A DNA stretch of 32,000 nucleotides from Cylindrospermopsis raciborskii Cr2010 (lineage in GTDB: Bacteria > Cyanobacteriota > Cyanobacteriia > Cyanobacteriales > Nostocaceae): contig NZ_CP065936.1 in assembly GCF_003367075.2 (NCBI RefSeq), positions 1,560,001 through 1,592,000 of the forward strand. Direction: 5' to 3'. Shown in pieces: positions 9,065 through 16,595 of the stretch. A program made the position numbers and the translations under genes. Numbering within the stretch: the stretch's first letter is position 1; each line of letters opens with the position of its first letter. The notes under the pieces were generated by a model. That model had not been told where the DNA came from, ran no database searches, and saw only the letters and a program-made list of their open reading frames with translations.

Positions 9065-12000
9065 TAATAGGGTTGGTGGAATATTCAAGGGGAGGTTAGA
9101 AAATGCGATCGCTCTTATGAATGAGGTTGTCTATCCGAATATCAAATATTGGTGGTTGAAAAAAGACCTTATATGCGGACACAGATTCCCATGATGAAAA
9201 TATATCATTGTCAAGTCAAGTAGTCAACCCCCCAATGGAAAATTTTCTGGTGCGTAATACATATTAGGGTTGATGGAATATTAGGAGGGTTGGGAAATGC
9301 GATCGCTCTTATGAACGGGATTGTCTATCCAGGAATATGAGATGTTGATGGAATATTAGGAGGGTTGGGAAATGCGATCGCCTTTATGAAGGGGGTTGTC
9401 GATCCGAATATCAAATATTGGTGGTTGAAAAAAGACCTTATATGCGGACACAGATTCCCATGATGAAAATATATCATTGTCAAGTCAAGTAGTCAACCCC
9501 CCAATGGAAAATTTTCTGGCGCGTAATACATATTAGGGTTGATGGAATATTAGGAGGGTTGGGAAATGCGATCGCCTTTATGAAGGGGGTTGTCTATCCG
9601 AATATCAAATATTGGTGGTTGAAAAAAGACCTTATATGCGGACACAGATTCCCATGGTGAAAATATATCATTGTCAAGTCAAGTGGTCAACCCCCTAATG
9701 GAAAATTTTCTGGCGCGTAATACAGGGTTGATGGAATATTAGGAGGGTTGGGAAATGCGATCGCCCTTATGAAGGGGGTTGTCGATCCGAATATCAAATA
9801 TTGGTGGTTGAAAAAAGACCTTATATGCGGACACAGATTCTCATGATGAAAATATATCATTGTCAAGTCAATTAGTCAACCCCCCAATGGAAAATTTTCC
9901 GGCGCGTAATACAGGGTTGATGGAATAGGAGGGTTGGGAAATGCGATCGCCTTTATGAAGGGGGTTGTCGATCCGAATATCAAATATTGGTGGTTGAAAA
10001 AAGACCTTATATGCGGACACAGATTCCCATGATGAAAATATATCATTGTCAAGTCAAGTAGTCAACCCCCCAATGGAAAATTTTCTGGCGCGTAATACAT
10101 ATTAGGGTTGGTGAAATATTAGGAGGGGTTGGGAAATGCGATCGCTCTTATGAACGGGATTGTCTATCCAGGAATATGAGATGTTGATGGAATATTCGGA
10201 GAGGGGACTAAAAAATGCGATCGCCCTTATGAAGGGGATTGTCGATCCGAATATCAAATATTGGTGGTTGAAAAAAGACCTTATATGCGGACACGGATTC
10301 CCGCGATGAAAATATATCATTGTCAAGTCAAGCAGTCAACCCCCCAATGGAAAATTTTCTGGCGCGTAATACATATTAGGGTTGGTGAAATATTAGGAGG
10401 GGTTGGGAAATGCGATCGCTCTTATGAACGGGATTGTCTATCCAGGAATATGAGATGTTGATGGAATATTCGGAGAGGGGACTAAAAAATGCGATCGCCC
10501 TTATGAAGGGGATTGTCGATCCGAATATTAAATATTGGTGGTTGAAAAAAGACCTTATATGGGCACACAGATTCCCATGATGAAAATATATCATTGTCAA
10601 GTCAAGCAGTCAACCCCCCAATGGAAAATTTTCTGGCGCGTAATACATATTAGGGTTGGTGAAATATTAGGAGGGGTTGGGAAATGCGATCGCTCTTATG
10701 AACGGGATTGTCTATCCAGGAATATGAGATGTTGATGGAATATTAGGAGAGGGGACTAAAAAATGCGATCGCCTTTATGAATGGGGTTGTCGATCCGAAT
10801 ATCAAATATTGATGGTTGAAAAAAGACCTTATATGCGGACACAGATTCCCATGATGAAAATATATCATTGTCAAGTCAAGCAGTCAACCCCCCAATGGAA
10901 AATTTTCTGGCGCGTAATACATATTAGGGTTGGTGAAATATTAGGAGGGGTTGGGAAATGCGATCGCCTTTATGAAGGGGGTTGTCTATCCGAATATCAA
11001 ATATTGGTGGTTGAAAAAAGACCTTATATGCGGACACAGATTCCCATGGTGAAAATATATCATTGTCAAGTCAAGTGGTCAACCCCCTAATGGAAAATTT
11101 TCTGGCGCGTAATACAGGGTTGATGGAATATTAGGAGGGTTGGGAAATGCGATCGCTCTTATGAACGGGATTGTCGATCCGAATATCAAATATTGGTGGT
11201 TGAAAAAAGACCTTATATGGGCACACAGATTCCCATGATGAAAATATATCATTGTCAAGTCAAGTAGTCAACCCCCCAATGGAAAATTTTCTGGCGCGTA
11301 ATACAGGGTTGATGGAATATTAGGAGGGTTGGGAAATGCGATCGCCTTTATGAATGGGGTTGTCGATCCGAATATCAAATATTGGTGGTTGAAAAAAGAC
11401 CTTATATGCGGACACAGATTCCCATGATGAAAATATATCATTGTCAAGTCAAGTAGTCAACCCCCCAATGGAAAATTTTCTGGCGCGTAATACATATTAG
11501 GGTTGATGGAATATTAGGAGGGTTGGGAAATGCGATCGCCCTTATGAATGGGGTTGTCTATCCAGGAATATGAGATGTTGATGAAATATTAGGAGGGGTT
11601 GGGAAATGCGATCGCCTTTATGAAGGGGGTTGTCTATCCGAATATCAAATATTGGTGGTTGAAAAAAGACCTTATATGCGGACACGGATTCCCATGATGA
11701 AAATATATCATTGTCAAGTCAAGTAGTCAACCCCCCAATGGAAAATTTTCTGGCGCGTAATACAGGGTTCGTGGAATATTTGAGGGGAGGTTAGAAAACG
11801 CGATCGCCTTTATGAATGGGGTTGTCGATCCGAATATCAAATATTGGTGGTTGAAAAAAGACCTTATATGCGGACACAGATTTCCATGATGAAAATATAT
11901 CATTGTCAAGTCAATTAGTCAACCCCCCAATGGAAAATTTTCTGGCGCGTAATACATATTAGGGTTGATGGAATATTAGGAGGGTTGGGAAATGCGATCG

Positions 12001-12442
12001 CCTTTATGAAGGGGGTTGTCGATCCGAATATCAAATATTGGTGGTTGAAAAAAGACCTTATATGCGGACACAGATTCCCATGGTGAAAATATATCATTGT
12101 CAAGTCAATTAGTCAACCCCCCAATGCAAAATTTTCTGGCGCGTAATACAGGGTTGGTGAAATATTAGGAGGGGTTGGGAAATGCGATCGCCTTTATGAA
12201 TGGGGTTGTCGATCCGAATATCAAATATTGGTGGTTGAAAAAAGACCTTATATGGGCACACAGATTCCCATAATGAAAATATATCATTGTCAAGTCAAGT
12301 AGTCAACCCCCCAATGGAAAATTTTCTGGCGCGTAATACATATTAGGGTTGGTGAAATATTAGGAGGGGTTGGGAAATGCGATCACTCTTATAAAGGGGA
12401 TTGTCGATCCGAATATCAAATATTGGTGGTTGAAAAAAGACC
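9065..12442. repeat. Non-coding tandem repeat array: 16 units (11 of ~186-195 bp, 5 of ~269-274 bp) built from head (H) and tail (T) modules
   Basis: The marker GGTGGTTGAAAAAAGACC (GATGG... at 10811) recurs at 9151, 9420, 9614, 9803, 9989, 10263, 10537, 10811, 11006, 11195, 11384, 11654, 11846, 12040, 12230 and 12425. The spacings are 269, 194, 189, 186, 274, 274, 274, 195, 189, 189, 270, 192, 194, 190 and 195 bp. There are 21 head modules, giving 20 perfect GCGATCGC sites plus one degenerate GCGATCAC. The last unit is truncated after ...AAGACC at 12442. Confidence 0.97.
9199..9227 (-). promoter_or_regulatory. hypF-proximal copy of the array-borne sigma70-type promoter (-35 TTGACT, 17-nt spacer, extended -10 TGaTATATT)
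   Basis: The minus strand reads GGGGGGTTGACTacttgacttgacaaTGaTATATTttcatcatggg. The -35 box is at 9227-9222 and the -10 box at 9204-9199. The predicted TSS is near 9192, about 160 nt upstream of the hypF ATG (9030). This is a sequence prediction only. Confidence 0.5.
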
Positions 12443-12590
12443 ACATTAAGTAGGGAGGCACAATTATTTGTAGGATGGGTCGCGAGACCCATGGGGGCGT
12501 TGAGTTTCATACTTCAACCCAACCTACGTTCATCTTAGATTTAATTCCACCCACCCACTTAGGTAGCGTCGAGGAGGGAATAAGAATGGC

Positions 12591-13181
12591 TTAATGCCAA
12601 ACGTAGATAAGTACAAACAGAATAATCCAAATAACATCAACAAAGTGCCAAAACAAAGAGGTTGAGTTTACCCCAAAGTGACCATGATCGTAATTGCCAG
12701 GAAGAAAAGAGCGCATGAGAATTATCAACTGCAATAGAATACCTGTGAGAACATGTAACCCATGAAATCCCGTTAATAAATAAAACATACCGCCGAATGT
12801 ACCGGAAGTAAAGCCAAATTCCAGTTGACTCCACTCCACATATTGACCATATAAGAAATAAGTACCCATAGCGATTGTGGCTAATAAGTATAATCGAAAT
12901 CCAGGTAAATCATGTTTTTGTAAACGTCTTTCAGCCAAATAAATTACAAAACTACTAGAAACCAGAATAATTGTGTTAATTGTGGGACTTACTATTTCCA
13001 GTCCTTCCACCCCAGCAGGAAGCCAATTGGAATTGGTAGTTTTATAGACGATATAACCAGCAAAAAAACTGAGAAATATGACACTTTCCGAAAGTAGAAA
13101 AACAATAAAACCAAACATTTTACTGCCTTCTTCATCATGACCATGTTGAGATTGAATAGGATTGTTGAGCGAGCTTTCCAT
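12591..13181 (-). CDS. coxC: Heme-copper oxidase subunit III (ARTO-type operon)
   Basis: 196-aa polytopic membrane protein with subunit III motifs (FFAGY, YGQYVEW, GFHGLHV, WHFVDVIW). It is the last gene of the coxBAC operon. Confidence 0.9.
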   Translation of the reverse strand: MESSLNNPIQSQHGHDEEGSKMFGFIVFLLSESVIFLSFFAGYIVYKTTNSNWLPAGVEGLEIVSPTINTIILVSSSFVIYLAERRLQKHDLPGFRLYLLATIAMGTYFLYGQYVEWSQLEFGFTSGTFGGMFYLLTGFHGLHVLTGILLQLIILMRSFLPGNYDHGHFGVNSTSLFWHFVDVIWIILFVLIYVWH

Positions 13182-13268
13182 GATAGTTCTCCTTAGATAA
13201 TGGTTATAGAAATAGGTTTTTTCAAGAAAAGAAAGAGGCGTTTTCGCCCCTTTCAGGTGAGGTGATAT

Positions 13269-14942
13269 TTACTCAACCATTTCCATGGTAGAATTCTCCA
13301 GATTAGCGGTTAATGGTTCCGACTTACCATAACCGTATGGTTCACTAATAATGATAGGAATTTCTTCAAAATTTTCTACCGATGGAGGTGAAGAAATGAG
13401 CCATTCTAAACCTATAGCTCGCCAAGGATTAGGTGGAGCTTTCTCACCGTCTAACCAAGAAACTAAAATGTTGAAAATAAATGGTAAAGTGGACATTCCT
13501 AACAGAAATGCTCCCAGACTAGCCAAAATATTCCAAAACGTGTACTCTGGTGCATAGGAAGCAACTCTTCTTAACATCCCCTGCAAACCCAGAGGATGCA
13601 TAGGTAAAAAGTTTAAATTTGTACCAATAAATGCCAACCAAAAATGCACCCTTCCCCAACCCTCATTAAACATTCTTCCAGTCATTTTGGGGAACCAATG
13701 ATAAATAGCAGCATACATTCCCATAGTTACCGTTCCATATAGTACATAATGGAAATGTCCCACTACAAAATAGGTATTATTCACATGAACATCAATGGGA
13801 ACCGACGAGAGCATAATCCCAGTAATCCCAGCAAAAACAAACATGATTAAACCACCCAGCGCAAACAACATAGGAGTGGTTAATTTAATTTTGCCTCCCC
13901 AAATCGTTCCTACCCAAGCAAATACCTTAATTCCCGTAGGAACGGAGACAAACATAGTAGTCAGCATGAACAATAACCGCATCCAACCAGGAGTTCCACT
14001 CACATACATGTGGTGTACCCAAACAATAGCACTAACCACCGCAATTAACATGGAAGAAATAGCCACTACCTTATATCCAAATAATGGCTTGCGGGAATAA
14101 ACAGGAAAGATTTCTGAAAAAATACCAAATATTGGGAGAATAATCACATAAACTGCAGGATGGGAGTAAAACCAGAAATAATGTTGAAACATAACTGGAT
14201 TACCACCATTAATAGGATTAAAAAATCCCGTTCCCACTGTTAAATCAAACAATAACATTAATGCTCCAGCTGTCAAAGCAGGGAGTCCAAATAATTGAAT
14301 AATTTGAGCACTAAAAACTGCCCAAACAAACAAAGGCATTTTAAAAAACCCCATTCCTGGGGCACGCATTTTGACAATGGTGGTGACAAAGTTCACTGCG
14401 CCCATAATTGAGGAAACACCGGAAATAGCTACAGCTAATAACCAAAGAACTTGACCATTAATTAAATTGCCAGTAGGATTTTGTAAACTGACTGGGGGAT
14501 AGGCCCACCAACCAGCTTGAGCAGGTCCACCGGGAACTGCAAAGCTGGACATGAGTAAAATTCCCACCACAGGAACCATCCAAAAAGCAGCTGCATTGAG
14601 ACGGGGAAATGCCATATCCCTCGCACCAATCATGATGGGTACGAGATAGTTTGCTAGACCTACAAGGGAGGGGAATGTCCATAGGAACAGCATCACTGTT
14701 CCGTGCATGGTAAACATCCCATTATAAACCGTGCGATCTATTAAGTCAGATTCGGGAGTAACTAGTTCTCCCCGCAAAATCATAGCGAAAATTCCACCGA
14801 CAAGAAAGAAAATAAAGGAAGTTACTAGATATTGAATACCTATGACTTTATGGTCTGTACTAAAGGTGAAATAGGTTTTCCAGTGAGTTGGTGTTGGGTG
14901 ATGATTTGATTCACCACCAAGATTAAGTAATATGTTAGTCAT
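13269..14942 (-). CDS. coxA: Heme-copper oxidase subunit I
   Basis: 557 aa with the classic subunit I signatures (TDHKVIGIQY, WFYSHPAVY, VWVHHMY, GHFHYVL). Confidence 0.95.
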   Translation of the reverse strand: MTNILLNLGGESNHHPTPTHWKTYFTFSTDHKVIGIQYLVTSFIFFLVGGIFAMILRGELVTPESDLIDRTVYNGMFTMHGTVMLFLWTFPSLVGLANYLVPIMIGARDMAFPRLNAAAFWMVPVVGILLMSSFAVPGGPAQAGWWAYPPVSLQNPTGNLINGQVLWLLAVAISGVSSIMGAVNFVTTIVKMRAPGMGFFKMPLFVWAVFSAQIIQLFGLPALTAGALMLLFDLTVGTGFFNPINGGNPVMFQHYFWFYSHPAVYVIILPIFGIFSEIFPVYSRKPLFGYKVVAISSMLIAVVSAIVWVHHMYVSGTPGWMRLLFMLTTMFVSVPTGIKVFAWVGTIWGGKIKLTTPMLFALGGLIMFVFAGITGIMLSSVPIDVHVNNTYFVVGHFHYVLYGTVTMGMYAAIYHWFPKMTGRMFNEGWGRVHFWLAFIGTNLNFLPMHPLGLQGMLRRVASYAPEYTFWNILASLGAFLLGMSTLPFIFNILVSWLDGEKAPPNPWRAIGLEWLISSPPSVENFEEIPIIISEPYGYGKSEPLTANLENSTMEMVE

Positions 14943-14984
14943 GATTTTAGATGTTACATTTTACAAATTGGATATTAGCTGAAC

Positions 14985-15926
14985 TTAAAGATGACTATCA
15001 CCCACGAAATTGACCACTGGAGGTGCAGCAGGTGGAACAGTTTTCCAACCCAGTTGGATGTTTTTATTGTGGGTCTGAGCATATTCTGTAGCTGCTTGAT
15101 TGGGAGCAGCTGTAGGACTTTGACTAGCTGCTTTCTTTAACCAGTTTTCATAATCTTCTGGTGCTTGGACTATTACTTTTGCTTCCATAGTCGCAAAGTA
15201 AGTACCACTATATTGAGAGTCGGTAAGACTATATTTACCAATGAGAGTTGGGGTAAATTCAAAGTCTATAGTTTTACCAGGAACAATATCCTGTTTAACT
15301 CGAAATGCTGGAATATAAAAACCATGGAGTACATCTTCTGATTGCAGTGCTAAATGTACACGTTGATTGCTGGGTAAATGCAGTTCCGTACTAGTAATAC
15401 CCTGTTGAGGATAGCTAAATATCCAAGCCCATTGTTTAGCAACTACATCTATGTTTTCCAGAGGTTTATCTAAACTTGTTGCGGTTGGTTCTTGCTCTTT
15501 TTTTCCTAAGCTAAGTTGGATAGGAAGAGGATTATGTAAGTGTAATAAGTGACCAGGTCCCTGGATTCCTATAGTTTCATAAACTTGATAACTGTAGGTT
15601 GCTATCCATAGGACTAACATGATGGGAATAGCAGTCCAAATAATTTCTAGGGTAATATTTCCTTCGATATGTGGACCATCAGTAAAGTCATAGATTCTGG
15701 CTCTATGGAATAGGACAGAATATAAAATTGCTGCTGTAACCCCCAGAAAAATAAAGGCTCCTATGGTTACTAAAAAACTGAATAGATTATCTATCAAATG
15801 TGATTCAGCTGCAGCTTGCGGTGGTAACCAAGAATAGGATTGTTTACCAATAAAGATGCTCAGGAAGGTGATGAATATTCCTAGAGTCATCACAAGAAAA
15901 ATATTCACAATTAACCGGATATTCAT
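14985..15926 (-). CDS. coxB: Heme-copper oxidase subunit II lacking CuA ligands (ARTO/quinol-oxidase-like)
   Basis: 313 aa with two N-terminal TM helices and a cupredoxin domain (DVLHGFYIPAFRVKQD). The CuA motif CxExCGxxHxxM is replaced by DSQYSGTYFATM, so both Cys and the second His are absent. Confidence 0.9.
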   Translation of the reverse strand: MNIRLIVNIFLVMTLGIFITFLSIFIGKQSYSWLPPQAAAESHLIDNLFSFLVTIGAFIFLGVTAAILYSVLFHRARIYDFTDGPHIEGNITLEIIWTAIPIMLVLWIATYSYQVYETIGIQGPGHLLHLHNPLPIQLSLGKKEQEPTATSLDKPLENIDVVAKQWAWIFSYPQQGITSTELHLPSNQRVHLALQSEDVLHGFYIPAFRVKQDIVPGKTIDFEFTPTLIGKYSLTDSQYSGTYFATMEAKVIVQAPEDYENWLKKAASQSPTAAPNQAATEYAQTHNKNIQLGWKTVPPAAPPVVNFVGDSHL

Positions 15927-15986
15927 AGTTATGTCTGGGTGAATTTACTAAGAGAAAATGGGCAATAGGCAAATAGAATAGGTTAA

Positions 15987-16595
15987 CTATTTCCCCAATA
16001 CACTGTTGACATCCTCTCCCATTCTCAACAAATTATCTGCCGTATTATGTACACCAAATTCTGCTGCTAATTGGGCTCCTAGAGTTCCATGCGCGTACAT
16101 AATTACCATGATCAAAACTCCGGCAAAAATATAACTCCAACCTACCTGCATATCGGCATCTTTATAGGTTATATAACGTTGCCATCCTCTCCAAAAGGTC
16201 ATTCCTACCATTAAGGCTAATAAGAAAACACCACCTACACCATGCCACATCATGGTTTCCATAGCTTGCATTCCCCAAGAACTCTTGAGGTTCACCGGTG
16301 GAGTGGCTAATAACATTTCATAAAAACCCGCAGCAACTGTAAAAAATGTAATTACAGATGAAGCTACCATGTTGTACCAACCAACTTCAAATAATTGAGC
16401 TCGGTTGACAGTTAAACCCAGAGATTTAAACAAGAAGTGGTCTATAGGAAATAGAACAGCTACTAAATCGAAAATAACTCCAATGATAAACAGTCCTAAA
16501 GTTAGGTGAACTAGATTTGGATGAATGGGGATTGTGTAGGGTAATCCGTTGGCTCCCATTTGAGCACTTACTTGATCAATTAGTTCTGAATTCAT
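15987..16595 (-). CDS. DUF2231-like integral membrane protein
   Basis: The ORF runs to 16655. However, the ATG at 16595 (MNSELID...) forms an ATGA overlap with the stop of the upstream paralog, suggesting translational coupling. It has a PIHPNLVH motif and several TM helices. Confidence 0.7.
   Translation of the reverse strand: MNSELIDQVSAQMGANGLPYTIPIHPNLVHLTLGLFIIGVIFDLVAVLFPIDHFLFKSLGLTVNRAQLFEVGWYNMVASSVITFFTVAAGFYEMLLATPPVNLKSSWGMQAMETMMWHGVGGVFLLALMVGMTFWRGWQRYITYKDADMQVGWSYIFAGVLIMVIMYAHGTLGAQLAAEFGVHNTADNLLRMGEDVNSVLGK

Noticed and set aside
9191-9210. A Fur-box-like AT-rich dyad (TGATGAAAATATATCA) and an NtcA-like GTA-N8-TAG (GTAATACATATTAG at unit junctions such as 9254-9267) within the repeats.
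   Set aside because: The half-sites match the Fur 7-1-7 consensus poorly (about 5/8). The NtcA-like site ends in TAG rather than TAC and is missing from the shorter junction variants. I also found no perfect GTAN8TAC in the 17093-17560 oxidase upstream region.
9358-9389. A mini-ORF with a strong Shine-Dalgarno sequence in every head module on the plus strand: AGGAGG-8 nt-ATG CGA TCG CCT TTA TGA (MRSPL or MRSLL, about 21 copies).
   Set aside because: The ORF has only 5 codons, and most of it is the HIP1 palindrome itself. I found no plus-strand promoter, and the best promoter is on the opposite strand. It is worth a look in ribosome-profiling data but cannot be supported as a gene.
10102-12103. 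A family of 60-93-aa ORFs on both strands of the repeat array (MTMIYFHHGNLCPHIRSFF... on minus, MVVEKRPYMRTQIPMMKIYHCQVK... on plus).
   Set aside because: They exist only because the repeat is copied. Most copies are interrupted, with TAG, CAG and TGG alternating at the same codon. Unit lengths are mostly not multiples of 3, the minus-strand ATG lies inside the predicted promoter, and no copy has a convincing RBS. They are most likely gene-caller artefacts.
9065-12442. The possibility that the array is a CRISPR locus or the known NsiR1 sRNA array.
   Set aside because: It is not a CRISPR. Units are 190-274 bp, every part is repeated with no unique spacers, and no cas genes are nearby. I cannot claim it is NsiR1 either. 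It is not next to hetF, and the -35 region is TTGACT rather than the TCCGGA DIF motif. Only the architecture is analogous.
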